A stretch of 58,260 nucleotides of DNA from a virus (IMGVR_UViG_3300042344_000667:1-58260), one strand, 5' to 3'. Positions 21,401-30,863 are shown, counted from the first letter of the stretch. Program-made: numbers and translations. Notes: generated by a model not told the origin, from the sequence alone.

Positions 21401-22171
21401 ATGCCGGCGCTGCCCTACGACAGCAGCTACCAGATCAGCACCACGCCCATCGCAATCGAGCAGATTTTCACCTCGGGCAACATCATCCAAGACAGCTTGC
21501 AGGTCCAGTACATCGACGCCGCCCAGCGTTCAAACTTCCGTGCTCTGGTTAGTTGGCGCGTCACCGTCGAAAACGATCTACCAACGCAAGCCTCCGCTTT
21601 GGTCGACTGGGCCGACATCCCCGAAGGCAGCCGTTCCACGACCCAGCAAGCTTTCGATCTAACTGACTTCTGCACCAACCGTGCCCAAGCACTGAAGACC
21701 GCACGGTTCCTGCTGAGCATCCGCCGCCGCGTCACTCACACCGTCAGCTTCAAAACCGTACCCGACGCCCTCGGCATCCAACCCGGTTCCTACATCCGCG
21801 TTATCACCGAAGCCACCACCTACAGCGCCACCAACAACGGCGGTATCACGGACGCTGGGACCTTGGTCAGCGTAACCTCCATCGCCAACGGGACCTACGA
21901 CGCCCTGATCTACAACCCCAGCACCGGAGCCGTAACCGAGCAACGCATTACGATCCAGAACAACACTGTTACAGATTCCGCCTTGCGCGGCTGTCTGTTT
22001 ACGTTGCTCAGCCTCCAGACCAGCGCATCCGTTTATCAAGTGGAGCAGCTCACACTGGACGAAGACGGCTTGGTGAATATCAGCGCCGTAGAAGTGCCCG
22101 TCGATTCCACCGGCGTTAGCATTGTGGCTAAGGACGTGCTTACTGAAGCAAATTTCCGCGTACTGGAGTAA
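18299..22171 (+). CDS. Central tail tip / host-specificity protein (gpJ-like)
   Basis: 1290 aa; YGQPIPIPFG, SNLFADLVYYLL, LGIQPGSYIRV motifs. Confidence 0.75.
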   Translation: MAEWHPIHKPLDFRSGLETGGKLYDPPLLPYEIALIEALGCTEQEYKEFVRYARDAAYVRPAEYENIPKIYAAMVPVVAAVAVSAKSVATTIAVNVAIGLALTAISILLAPKAPALETPAKIRGKKLADQIGPSRFNQTTSFDNVSSLAEYGQPIPIPFGKRGTGADGALTGGLILAPALVWSRIYSYGSYQAFEGIYVAGEYGSEAPELGGIRVGTTALNSLGNRDFAVFWSSQLGENRPGTARLVAGTHIEGDGTTGTVGRQIFTAPTEDGQFSQGFSMAYTPQADTSFGTAEPIHNGTAFRFNWEIISAPYAATEGPDNKEARFETQARRRKIAGSDADVLHRYADQPKEDIPQVGMPGVGRAYSRRMGFVAHSGTNGGADVENRTIVSVAENDTLTFEINGNNWKDFNQDDFKDTEVNVKDLKASADSWRARASDLLAIGSKWIIGASVWVVESRSPATWTQFQTQRITFKCTAITGVATVGLAGRRTVEEPLGGYEGSVFNPNKHCGAAFFNICRLHMASIRPVRRDAQVIEIGLRSQVWNRANGLCNFNAIPTPFKLHQLDKQDITLTTPRMDKYFERTSCFSIWVRPVEVYGQAQQPWRRMPQVFCVTGNAPVDQYNYIRIRPKQIGYYEYRFIPRTGSDIAINSIDTNRVIRLNANTGSILGIDLDTDYGGFRVTTNGDDTITIADIRVNDELVTDPQEASSVTTTQTTLPTALSQYDQSSSNGSIQQVVNAWLTERLGYARDYPGRVRSATITFDKPGVGQIVFNVNATSVAGTLGVTIGPVYLSANLENPYQWTNVSYNVISANGTWNTSHRFTVVIPVNNDFSRVGGYSAVNVAFAVTAVQAVSTVNSSTVSSAERVFEENSQVSDCSHYLELTKSNESGPEHQIVYVNECISNETLAEYYGMSTLGFTVKSSGQLGGIGQIRAWVPTGISVYRLIEQDNKPSNLFADLVYYLLTSKSQGVGNVVPTELIDVDSLTTTAQYLRANKIFFDGVVEDSDSLRSFLYDNAALQLCNFTIKNGRFGMMPALPYDSSYQISTTPIAIEQIFTSGNIIQDSLQVQYIDAAQRSNFRALVSWRVTVENDLPTQASALVDWADIPEGSRSTTQQAFDLTDFCTNRAQALKTARFLLSIRRRVTHTVSFKTVPDALGIQPGSYIRVITEATTYSATNNGGITDAGTLVSVTSIANGTYDALIYNPSTGAVTEQRITIQNNTVTDSALRGCLFTLLSLQTSASVYQVEQLTLDEDGLVNISAVEVPVDSTGVSIVAKDVLTEANFRVLE

Positions 22172-22545
22172 TGGCTTTTCCGACACTGACGCCAACCAGC
22201 CGCGAGTTCAGCCCTGGTGCGTGGCCCATCAAAAACTACAACTCACAATCCGGCGCCGAGATCCGAATTTTGTATGGGTCTCAGCGAACCAACGCCAAGC
22301 TGGGCCTTAGCTACGAAAACGTAACTGACGCAAACGCCCAGCTTTTCATCGACGACTTCAACTCAAACATCGGCACACTTCGCACTTTTACACTTCCTTC
22401 CGCTACGCGAAACGGCTGGAGCGGTAGCGCGGCAACTTTGGATGCGCCACCTGGTACAAAGTGGCGCTACGAAAGCGAGCCGCAAATCCGCTCAGTGAGA
22501 CCCGGCCGTAGCAGCGTTACAGTGAATCTGGTGGCGGTGATCTAA
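22171..22545 (+). CDS. Minor tail protein (distal-tail/gpM-like)
   Basis: MAFPTLTPTSR...W.Y...P.I pattern, within the tail operon. Confidence 0.55.
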   Translation: MAFPTLTPTSREFSPGAWPIKNYNSQSGAEIRILYGSQRTNAKLGLSYENVTDANAQLFIDDFNSNIGTLRTFTLPSATRNGWSGSAATLDAPPGTKWRYESEPQIRSVRPGRSSVTVNLVAVI

Positions 22546-22970
22546 TGGCCAAGGTTTATACCGGACGCGATGGCCGCCTGCTGATCAACGACACCGAGCA
22601 GATCAAGGTCAGTAACTGGACCTTGACTGGCTCTCTTGAAGTGCTGGAAACCACCACGCTTGGCGAATCACAACGCAGTTACGCGCCAGGCGTCCAAGAA
22701 TTCAACGGCAGCGCCACACTGCTGTACTACAAAGACGACGCAGGCCGCAACGACGCCGCCACAGCTTTGAAGAGAGTGCTGCGTGTTGCTGGCGTATCCA
22801 GCAGCGATACCGTCACAATGCGTCTGCGTTTGGCGGATGGCAACACAAACAGCGACGTGCAACTGACTGCTTACATCACCAGCGTCTCGTTTGGTGCCAG
22901 CGTGGGTGAAGTCAGCTCTGCCCAAATCAGCTTCCAAGCCACTGGCGCACTCACGGCGGTGACAATCTGA
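22545..22970 (+). CDS. Tail-tube-like protein
   Basis: WTL...LETTTLG...G..EFNGSATL...ISFQATGAL, a tube-fold pattern. Confidence 0.6.
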   Translation: MAKVYTGRDGRLLINDTEQIKVSNWTLTGSLEVLETTTLGESQRSYAPGVQEFNGSATLLYYKDDAGRNDAATALKRVLRVAGVSSSDTVTMRLRLADGNTNSDVQLTAYITSVSFGASVGEVSSAQISFQATGALTAVTI

Positions 22971-23866
22971 TGGGCATCTACCTCGGCAATGTCGGCAATA
23001 TTGAGCTGACTCGCCTGTCGCTTGAAGGCAGCAAAGAGTCTGTGGTCAATCCGTCAGACGTCAATGCCGCTCGCGATCGATTTAGCTTTGATTTTGACCC
23101 TAGTTATTTAATCAGTGGTGACCTAGTTGAGATTGCCACAACAGATAGCACGAATCTTGATTTCGTCGCCGCAAGTGGATGGGCGAATAACACTGTTCAA
23201 CCAAGTGGAAATTGGTACGCATTTATTGATGAACTAGGCGGTATTCGTCTGTACACAAACTTTGACGACAGCCTTGAGGGTGCTAGTACCGGCCTCGTGG
23301 CCCTCAATGCAATTGCTCGCAATATTCCAATCAGAGTTAAGGTGCGTAACCGTGATGCCAGATTGCTGGGGTGTGTGTCTGACTATGAAATTAATACAAC
23401 GCGAGAAACGGTCGATGTCACTGCATTGAGCGATGAATACAGGCAGCAATACAGCAGCCTGATCACTGGCAGCGGTCGCTTAACCGCTCAATGGGATTAC
23501 GTAAAAGAAGGCAATACAGAGCCGGTCAACTATCTGATGCAGCTTGTATTGCGCACAGAGGTTGGTTCATCATTTCACGCAAAATTTTTCATTAAATCTG
23601 CGGGTACACGCGCGTCCGGTGGTTCGTTTGATTCCGCTCAAATCAATGACGCATTGTGGTGGGAGTTCGATGGCTTGATCACCTCTAGCGCTACAAGCTT
23701 TGCATCGGGCAATATCATCGTCAGTTCTGTCGATTTTGTTGCAACTGGTCCTATCAGGCTGCGCGCCAAGACACGCACAACCGAATACTTGCTCCAAGAA
23801 TCTGGAGACAAATTCAAGCTTGAGCAAGATGGCGCATCATTCTTGCTTTTGGAGCAATCCGACTGA
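22970..23866 (+). CDS. Tail protein with C-terminal tube-like domain
   Basis: ETVDVTAL...GSGRL...DFVATGPI; ends with LLQESGD/LEQDG/LLLEQ motifs. Confidence 0.55.
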   Translation: MGIYLGNVGNIELTRLSLEGSKESVVNPSDVNAARDRFSFDFDPSYLISGDLVEIATTDSTNLDFVAASGWANNTVQPSGNWYAFIDELGGIRLYTNFDDSLEGASTGLVALNAIARNIPIRVKVRNRDARLLGCVSDYEINTTRETVDVTALSDEYRQQYSSLITGSGRLTAQWDYVKEGNTEPVNYLMQLVLRTEVGSSFHAKFFIKSAGTRASGGSFDSAQINDALWWEFDGLITSSATSFASGNIIVSSVDFVATGPIRLRAKTRTTEYLLQESGDKFKLEQDGASFLLLEQSD

Positions 23867-23918
23867 CACTAAACTGGTGTCAGGCCATGCCTACCAGCAC
23901 TTATAGCCGCACATCACC

Positions 23919-25589
23919 ATGGCAGACCTCAGGATCACCGAATTAGCAGCGCTCTCCAGCGGTGACCTGGCTGCAGGTGACTTTCTGGCAGTCGCTGATA
24001 TCAGCGCTAGTGAAACCAAAAAAATTACCGTTACTGACTTTACCGGCAAAGCGGTCACGCTGATCGCTGACGCCACCATCCCTGGCGCCAAGATTCTGTT
24101 CGGCACTGCCGAGATTGCAGGCACTGCGCTGGAAGATGGCGCTGTTGACACGTTGCAGCTTGCTGCTGATGCTGTAACAGCCGCCAAACTCGCTGACGAA
24201 TCCAGCGTCGATCTCGTCACGACGCTTCCGGCCTCTGGCGCCTTCGTCGGTCAGATCGCGCTCGACACCGCCGACAGCAAGATCTACTGCTGGAACGGCA
24301 GCACTTGGGTCAGCATCAAAGCCGCTGGCTCAATTAACACTGTCATCGGTGGTACGGCCGGAGTCGTCAACGTTACTGTCACCACAACTGGCGACAGCGT
24401 AACGGTCAACACGACACTGGACGCTACTGGCGCAGCAGCGCAATTCCTCGCCGGTCCAACTGCCGGAGCTGGCGCAGTCACCTACCGCACGATTGCAGCC
24501 GGCGATCTCCCTACGGCAACCACCGGTGCCAAAGGCGCTGTTGTCGTCAACGGCAACGGTCTGACAATGAGCGGCGACACCATCGCCATCAACAACACGG
24601 TCACCGCCGAATCCAGCAATTATCACGTCGTTCAGTACAACGCCAAGGGTCTGGTCACCGGCGGCCGGCAAATCATCGCGGCCGACGTCCCTGTCGCCAC
24701 GGCTAGCAGCATCGGTGTCGTCAAACCCGGCTCCGGCCTTGGTGTCGATGGCGCTGGAACACTCAACCACAGCAACTCAATTACACCCGGTAGCGCCGCC
24801 AAGGTCACCTACGACAGCCAAGGCCACATTGTTGCTGCACTGGCACTGTCCGCAACAGATATTCCCGAACTAGACGCCAGCAAAATTACGACTGGTACGT
24901 TTGCATCAGCGCGGCTTGCTGCCAATAGCGTCACAGCACAACAGCTTGCCGACTACGGCATTGCGCAAGTCAGTAGCAGCCAGCCAGTTCCTGAGTTTGC
25001 GGGCCAGCTCTGGATCAACCCGACCGACCGCACCGCTTACGTGTGGGTTGGCCAAGTCTCCCCAGCTCAGGGCTACTACCTCCCGCTCAACAACGAGTTC
25101 GGCGCCCAAGCCAACCTCCGCTTCGGTGGTACGTACAACGCCAGCACTAACACAATCGCCAGCCTCAATAACTATGGCGCAGCGGCAGGCCTGACTGTTG
25201 GTTCAGCTCTGGTTGCTCCAACCAGAGCAAGTTCTGGTCTCTACTTGCTGGTTACTACGTCAGGTACTGGCACGGCTCCGGCACCAGCCGTTGCACTAGA
25301 CGTTGGCGACTGGATCTTGAGCCCAGGTTCTGGTACCACTTGGACTCACGTCAACATCGTGGGCGCAGGCATCAGCGTCATTGATGCGGGCGACGTTACT
25401 TTCAACGGTGGAGCACTCAGTCCGGCAATGACCGGTGTGGCAGACGCCGAAGCTGCGTTGATCACACTGTGGGGCCGCGTGCAGGTTGCGACAGTGTCAG
25501 TGGCTGGAATTGTGCGTGAAACTACAGAGATCGCCGTAGATAGCGTTGGAGCAATGACAGTTGGAGTGGTCGATGAAGGCACCTACTGA
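23919..25589 (+). CDS. Tail fibre protein 1
   Basis: MADLRITEL start, AVTAAKL repeats, KVTYDSQGHI, IPELDASKITTG fibre motifs. Confidence 0.75.
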   Translation: MADLRITELAALSSGDLAAGDFLAVADISASETKKITVTDFTGKAVTLIADATIPGAKILFGTAEIAGTALEDGAVDTLQLAADAVTAAKLADESSVDLVTTLPASGAFVGQIALDTADSKIYCWNGSTWVSIKAAGSINTVIGGTAGVVNVTVTTTGDSVTVNTTLDATGAAAQFLAGPTAGAGAVTYRTIAAGDLPTATTGAKGAVVVNGNGLTMSGDTIAINNTVTAESSNYHVVQYNAKGLVTGGRQIIAADVPVATASSIGVVKPGSGLGVDGAGTLNHSNSITPGSAAKVTYDSQGHIVAALALSATDIPELDASKITTGTFASARLAANSVTAQQLADYGIAQVSSSQPVPEFAGQLWINPTDRTAYVWVGQVSPAQGYYLPLNNEFGAQANLRFGGTYNASTNTIASLNNYGAAAGLTVGSALVAPTRASSGLYLLVTTSGTGTAPAPAVALDVGDWILSPGSGTTWTHVNIVGAGISVIDAGDVTFNGGALSPAMTGVADAEAALITLWGRVQVATVSVAGIVRETTEIAVDSVGAMTVGVVDEGTY

Positions 25590-25747
25590 TGTCAAGCTTC
25601 AATTACAACGGCGAATACCTCCCTCGCGGCGGCGTTGAAGGCGAAATGCTGATCAAAGTCAGCAATGCTGACTATTACCTGCAGTACAAAACGCTGCCCG
25701 AAATCTTCGACGAATACGACATTGTGATCGACGAGGGTGAGTATTAG
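25589..25747 (+). CDS. Small fibre-associated protein (52 aa, not in ORF track)
   Basis: MSSFNYNGEYLPRGG...VIDEGEY; TGATG coupling to the upstream gene. Confidence 0.6.
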   Translation: MSSFNYNGEYLPRGGVEGEMLIKVSNADYYLQYKTLPEIFDEYDIVIDEGEY

Positions 25748-25787
25748 TAGACTGCCTGAGTAACGCCGTCCCGCAGGGAGTTAAGGC

Positions 25788-28142
25788 ATGGCCACGTACA
25801 AGCATCTTCGTAGCAGCACTGCAAATAAGCGTCCCACAACAACGATTGTTGACGGCCAGCTCGCAATCAACACAAACACCGCTAGCCCCGGCCTGTTTTT
25901 CAAGGATTCTGCTGGTACAGGCATCGTCAAAGTAGGCCCAGTACACGTCGGCACCACAGCACCAAACAGTGTGCCGGCTTCCGGCGGAAGCAGCGGAAAC
26001 TACACAGGTGAGCAGTGGCTGGACACAAGTGTGTCTCCTGCTCAGATGAAAGTCTGGAACGGCAGCACCTGGGTCGGCATCGTCGCCGATGAACTGCCTG
26101 TCTCGAAGCTACAAGATGGCGCAGCCCGTCAGCTCATCCAAACTGATGCTGCTGGTACTGGTGTTGAGTGGACCAGCAACGTAGACGTGCCCGGCACGCT
26201 GGACGTTACCAGCACCGCAACATTCGACAGCATTGCGCAGCATCCGTTGGGTACTGCTGGCGCACCGACGATTACCTTCACCGGTGACACCAACACCGGC
26301 ATCTACTCCCCCGGCGCAGACCAGGTAGCCATCTCGACTAATGGCACTCGGCGTTTGCTTATCACAAGCGACGGAAAGGTTGGATTAGGAGCAGCAGGTG
26401 TTTTTCAGCAAGGTTCTGGAATTGACGGAGGATCTGGAGCAGGAATACTTGATCTTTATAACGGGGCTACGGGAAACACAACCCTTGAGAATACAGGTGC
26501 GTTTCCAATTATTTTCAAAACCAACGGATCGGAGCGTGCTCGCATCACCTCGACAGGGCACGTTGGCGTTGGAACATCAACTCCAAACGTAACTGGTTTT
26601 GGTGGCGCAACTGTTTTAACAGTATCTAATACTGCATCTTCAGTAAATACAGGCGTTGTAGAGATTCAGGGCGGATCCAGTGGAAACGGCATACTTAGTT
26701 TTTTGTCAGGCGCACAGCGTCAGGCAATGCTTACAAATACTCCTGATGGGCAGCTTCAGTTCTGGACTGGAGGCGCATCAATCAGCGAGAAACTGCGCAT
26801 CACATCGGCAGGTGCTCTAGGTCTGGGGACTAGTAGCCCTAGTACAACTCTTTCCGTCGCTGGAGGTATTTCCGGCACGGCTGGCATGAACATCAGCGGC
26901 GCTGGGTGGGGCGTGCTGCCTTACGTTGCAAACTCGCTGGTCATTGATAACAACGCTGGCGAGGCTCGATTCTTTGCAACTGGTGCCAACGCAACAACCA
27001 GAGGATCGTTCATCTTCTACAACGGAGAAACTGACGGCGGCGCAGGTGCCGCGATGGTTATTGACACCTCATCGCGTGTAGGGATTGGCACTACGACGGT
27101 TACTGGGTATCAATCAAACATTGTTCATCTGAATGGCTCTACCGGAGCCGAGCTGCACATCACTACTGGAGGAACAGGAACAGCGCAGTCTGATGGCCTG
27201 AGTCTCTATGTCCGCGATAGTGATGGCTCAGCGGGGCTAATGATGCGCGAAAACAACGCGCTTACATTTGGCACAAACGATAACGAACGCGCCCGCATCG
27301 ACAGCTCCGGCAGGTTGTTAGTTGGCACGTCTATTGCTCTTGCCACGGGAAACACTAATTTATTGCAAGTTTCTAGCAGCGACGGGGCAACCTTGTCTTT
27401 ATGTCGCTTTGATAGCACAGTAAGCACAAGTGAATACCTTGGAGGAATTAACTTTTTAGGTAGAGATACGTTTGTTGCTAACGAGGCTGCGTTAATAAAA
27501 GCGGAAGCAGATGCTGCCCACACAGATACTTCCTCCCCCGGCCGCCTAGTATTTTCCACTACCGCCGACGGAGCGAGCAGCCCGACGGAGCGGTTGCGTA
27601 TTACGAGTGGTGGCGCGGTTCTTGTTGGCGGCACATCACCCACTGGAATCGGTATGCTAGAAACGCCCTCTGTACAAACTTGGCAAACAACCAACGCCAG
27701 TGCAAACGTTTTTCGTCTTGCAAAATACACAATCGGCACATCTACGCAAACGATTCTTTCAATTACGGTTCCAGCGGCGCCTTATTTTATTAGCATTGAA
27801 GCGACTTTTATCGGCTCTAGAGCGCCAACTGGTAATGTCGGCACAAGTCGAATAGCCAAAGAACATTATTTGATCTCTCGAAACGGTAGTGGTTCAGATG
27901 TTGTCTTGAACTCAGACGTCAACAGTCTCGACTTTGAAGTTGCGTCTACAACTGCAGGTGGCACCAACAATAAAGATGTAATGGGTGCATCTATTCAAAG
28001 AGGTGGCGCCGAAGCCAATACTGGTCCACAAGTAGTAACCATTGCACTTGATAGTGGCGTGAATACCAGTTCTACCGGGCAAGTTCTTGGAGTATTTGAC
28101 ATTATGGTGCTAGGAGGCACCTCTGGACTCGGTATCGCCTAG
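25788..28142 (+). CDS. Tail fibre protein 2 / receptor-binding protein
   Basis: GQLAINTN..SPGLFFKD N-terminus, GDTNTGIYSPGADQVAIST, repeated ER(A/L)RI(D/T)SSG..G.GT units. Confidence 0.8.
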   Translation: MATYKHLRSSTANKRPTTTIVDGQLAINTNTASPGLFFKDSAGTGIVKVGPVHVGTTAPNSVPASGGSSGNYTGEQWLDTSVSPAQMKVWNGSTWVGIVADELPVSKLQDGAARQLIQTDAAGTGVEWTSNVDVPGTLDVTSTATFDSIAQHPLGTAGAPTITFTGDTNTGIYSPGADQVAISTNGTRRLLITSDGKVGLGAAGVFQQGSGIDGGSGAGILDLYNGATGNTTLENTGAFPIIFKTNGSERARITSTGHVGVGTSTPNVTGFGGATVLTVSNTASSVNTGVVEIQGGSSGNGILSFLSGAQRQAMLTNTPDGQLQFWTGGASISEKLRITSAGALGLGTSSPSTTLSVAGGISGTAGMNISGAGWGVLPYVANSLVIDNNAGEARFFATGANATTRGSFIFYNGETDGGAGAAMVIDTSSRVGIGTTTVTGYQSNIVHLNGSTGAELHITTGGTGTAQSDGLSLYVRDSDGSAGLMMRENNALTFGTNDNERARIDSSGRLLVGTSIALATGNTNLLQVSSSDGATLSLCRFDSTVSTSEYLGGINFLGRDTFVANEAALIKAEADAAHTDTSSPGRLVFSTTADGASSPTERLRITSGGAVLVGGTSPTGIGMLETPSVQTWQTTNASANVFRLAKYTIGTSTQTILSITVPAAPYFISIEATFIGSRAPTGNVGTSRIAKEHYLISRNGSGSDVVLNSDVNSLDFEVASTTAGGTNNKDVMGASIQRGGAEANTGPQVVTIALDSGVNTSSTGQVLGVFDIMVLGGTSGLGIA

Positions 28143-28227
28143 ATATTTTAGTCCTACTCGCTAAAATGCTTGGCGTGATACACTAAACAGATCAGCGGTC
28201 GCGGATTCGCCAAGACTGCCGAGGTAG

Positions 28228-28256
28228 CCGAGCCCCTGGGAAACCGGGGGCTTTGG
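28228..28256 (+). terminator. Putative intrinsic terminator
   Basis: AGCCCCTGG-GAAA-CCGGGGGCT hairpin plus TT. Confidence 0.5.
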
Positions 28257-28347
28257 TGTGCTTGGGCGAATTCCTTGACCAGCGTGGTAGTGTGGTAGGG
28301 CAGCGGTGCGTCAACACCCTGCCCCTGGCCACGATCCCCTGGAGACC

Positions 28348-28521
28348 ATGACCACAGAATGGTACTGCGTCGTGCCCCACACGCCCTGGGCCAAAGACGG
28401 AAAAGTCTTTTTGTCCAACGACGAAGACAGTTTCTACACCCAAGAGTTCCGAAACCGCGAAGAACTGGAAGTTTTTATCCAGCAGTTGCGTGCCGTCGCT
28501 GATGAGGCGTGGCCAAACTGA
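28348..28521 (+). CDS. Small accessory protein (paralog of the 38892-39305 N-terminus)
   Basis: HTPWAKDGKVFLSNDEDSFY...ADEAWP. Confidence 0.6.
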   Translation: MTTEWYCVVPHTPWAKDGKVFLSNDEDSFYTQEFRNREELEVFIQQLRAVADEAWPN

Positions 28522-28544
28522 TTAACCATTACCACTAATCGCCC

Positions 28545-28700
28545 ATGACTGAAGAACAAATTGAAATGCTTCGCTGCATCATCAAACAAGAGATTGAAGC
28601 GGCTGGTATTGATGGTATGGAGCACGGCGCTTGGGGCTGGGCGGAACGAGTGCTTGATGAAAACTGGGAAGAGTTTAGAAAATCCTTCGACGTCCAGTAG
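28545..28700 (+). CDS. Small acidic hypothetical protein (51 aa, not in ORF track)
   Basis: MTEEQIEMLRCIIKQEIEAAG...FRKSFDVQ. Confidence 0.55.
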   Translation: MTEEQIEMLRCIIKQEIEAAGIDGMEHGAWGWAERVLDENWEEFRKSFDVQ

Positions 28701-28903
28701 TCACCTTCTCTAGTCACCTTCTAATTTGACTCAAATTTGAAGTTGGCCGGTCCACGTCGATACTGTTCTTGCGCAGGACGGGCCTGGCGGGTGCATTTTT
28801 TGCCAGCCAGACTTATTCTTGAGCAAAGCAGAAAACCTGCGTTACTGTCGGCATTGAACAGACATCAGGATTCTCAATAAACGCCATTTATTGAAAAACC
28901 AAC

Positions 28904-28930
28904 TAGCCGGGCCATCCGTCCGGCTTTTTA
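28904..28930 (+). terminator. Putative intrinsic terminator
   Basis: AGCCGGGC-CATCC-GTCCGGCT hairpin plus TTTTT. Confidence 0.55.
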
Positions 28931-29045
28931 ATATGCTATTATGCTTAAGCTTATCTTCAGCATTATGTCCATTACTCTGAATCGGTAATCCGCCGTGTCT
29001 TTCGGTGGCGATACTGCTAAATTTGCTTTATCGCCACTTTTTCTT

Positions 29046-29357
29046 ATGGCAACCACTTTTGAATGGCACGTCGCCAATATGGAGCACTACACCGCTGACG
29101 GTGTGGTATTTACGGTGCATTATACGATTAGCGCCAACGATGACACCTACAGCAGCTCGGCGTACGGATCTGTCGGCCTTGAAAAACCCGAACCCGGCAG
29201 CATGATCTCTTACGCCGATCTGACCGAAGAGCTGGTGATTGGCTGGGTTAAGGAGCATTTTGGCGCTGAGAAGGTCGGCGAGATCGAGGCTGCCCTTCAG
29301 GAGCAGCTCAACCAGCAGCACGCTCCCACCACTGCACCTGGTGTTCCATGGGCTTGA
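29046..29357 (+). CDS. Fibre-associated phage protein
   Basis: GVVFTVHY, YADLTEELVIGWVK and terminal GVPW motif, typical of genes after tail fibres. Confidence 0.6.
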   Translation: MATTFEWHVANMEHYTADGVVFTVHYTISANDDTYSSSAYGSVGLEKPEPGSMISYADLTEELVIGWVKEHFGAEKVGEIEAALQEQLNQQHAPTTAPGVPWA

Positions 29358-29543
29358 TCATCGTCGCTGCTGCATCACTGCTAGCTATCGCCATTCTTGG
29401 AATGATGGTTTGGCAGTGGTGTCACACCTCTGACTGGCAGGATCGGCTTTGGTGATGACTGTATTTGCATTTGCGCTGGCATGGGCAGCCGGAATACTGA
29501 TGGCCTACTCCCTAGTGGCAATCAACCCCCGCGATGACGACTG

Positions 29544-29678
29544 ATGGCTGTACGCGCTAAAACCGGCACCGCAAGCCTTGACCGTCCAGTTCGCAAACCG
29601 AAGCTGACGCATCAGGGCAATGGCAAGCGCTCCAAACCACGCGGAAGCCGCAAACTTCTGCGTGGGCAGGGTCGCTAA
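29544..29678 (+). CDS. Small basic protein ending RGQGR (44 aa)
   Basis: MAVRAKTG...THQGNGKRSK...RGQGR. Confidence 0.55.
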   Translation: MAVRAKTGTASLDRPVRKPKLTHQGNGKRSKPRGSRKLLRGQGR

Positions 29679-29699
29679 CCTAGAGCAAGGAGGTACGTC

Positions 29700-30038
29700 A
29701 TGGCAGTTTCACCCGGCACGTACAACATCAGCCTGCAACGCCGGGCGGATTACAACGTCACGCTGCAGTTTAAAGACAGCACTGGAACTGCCATTGACCT
29801 CACAGGTTGGACTGTAGCCGCACAAGCTTGGAATCAATCTCGCGTAAAAAAATACGCTGATTTAAGCGTGGCATATACAGATCGCTCAACCGGTACTGTT
29901 TCGATCTCCTTGACGGACGAACAAACCGCCACGCTTCCTAATGAAGCATGGTATGACGTGTTGCTGACTGATACTGCTGGAATCAAGGAATATTACTTGG
30001 AAGGAATAATTTTTGTATCAGAGGGATACACGGCATGA
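29700..30038 (+). CDS. Ig-like/BppU-type virion protein
   Basis: IDLTGWTVAAQ...GTVSISLTDEQT...WYDVLL...YYLEG. Confidence 0.6.
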   Translation: MAVSPGTYNISLQRRADYNVTLQFKDSTGTAIDLTGWTVAAQAWNQSRVKKYADLSVAYTDRSTGTVSISLTDEQTATLPNEAWYDVLLTDTAGIKEYYLEGIIFVSEGYTA

Positions 30039-30196
30039 CGACAGTCAATGTGACGACAACTCAAAATACTGTTGTCGTCTCCGATGACGGCAAAACCGTC
30101 ACGATCTTGCGTGGCGATGTAAGCAGCGACGCTTTTGCCGCACTAGAAGCACGAGTAACCGACGTTGAAAATTCATTTGACGGCGGAACCTACTAA
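30035..30196 (+). CDS. Small protein ending FDGGTY (53 aa, not in ORF track)
   Basis: ATGA overlap with the upstream gene; short coiled coil plus DGGTY terminus. Confidence 0.55.
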   Translation: MTTVNVTTTQNTVVVSDDGKTVTILRGDVSSDAFAALEARVTDVENSFDGGTY

Positions 30197-30236
30197 GCCC
30201 AAGGTCGTTAACCTATTGAAGTAGCCCGTTGCTGCC

Positions 30237-30488
30237 ATGATTGAAGTCATTGCCGCAGTGGCCGGCGCGTCGATCTCTGTTGCTGCCATGGTCGCAATGG
30301 GGTTTTCACGCAAGTCCGACGAGGCTCGTGATGCGGTTATTCGCCTCACGAGTGCCGTCGAACACATCGCAACACAATTAGAAGTATTGCATTCAGACAT
30401 TAAAGAAGATCGCAAAGAATTTTTCTCGCGTCTTAATACCGTTGAACAAAGGGTCTCTAAGCTGGAAGTACGCCCACCGTCCTGCTGA
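30237..30488 (+). CDS. Membrane-anchored coiled-coil lysis-region protein
   Basis: N-terminal hydrophobic helix, C-terminal RLNTVEQRVSKLE. Confidence 0.6.
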   Translation: MIEVIAAVAGASISVAAMVAMGFSRKSDEARDAVIRLTSAVEHIATQLEVLHSDIKEDRKEFFSRLNTVEQRVSKLEVRPPSC

Positions 30489-30491
30489 CCC

Positions 30492-30632
30492 ATGGACTTC
30501 CTGTCCCATCCAGCATTCTGGATCATTATCGCGGCAGCTTCTGAGCTGATCGCACTGTCGCCTCTTAAAGACAACAGCATTATCCAACTTGTCTTTCACG
30601 CTCTGCGCGCGCTCAAAGGAAAAAAGCTCTGA
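30492..30632 (+). CDS. Putative holin (46 aa) with A AAA AAG slippery site
   Basis: MDFLSHPAFWIIIAAASELIALSPLKDNSIIQLVFHALRALKGKKL; hydrophobic with basic tail, upstream of the endolysin. Confidence 0.6.
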   Translation: MDFLSHPAFWIIIAAASELIALSPLKDNSIIQLVFHALRALKGKKL

Positions 30633-30863
30633 TCAGCTTTGGCAAGCCAGGCTGGCAGCTTCGACTGGAACAGGCCATCAGGCAATGGTGGTTTGAGCTG
30701 ACACTGCCGGCCAAACTTGATCAAGCTGAGGCAGAGTGGCATGCAACGCAACCACCTGCGATCGAGCCGCCTGTCATCATCGAGCACCCGGTTGACCCTG
30801 AACTGCAAACCGGCAACAGCCGCCTCCTCGGTGGCGCAATGAGTATTCACGCCCCTTGGACTG

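Noticed and set aside
25788-28990. Diversity-generating retroelement or invertible fibre switch
   Set aside because: No reverse transcriptase, no TR/VR pair, no invertase seen
29500-29516. Extra copy of the 15-nt junction motif (GGCCTACTCCCTA)
   Set aside because: Lies inside a small hydrophobic ORF and only partly matches; probably chance
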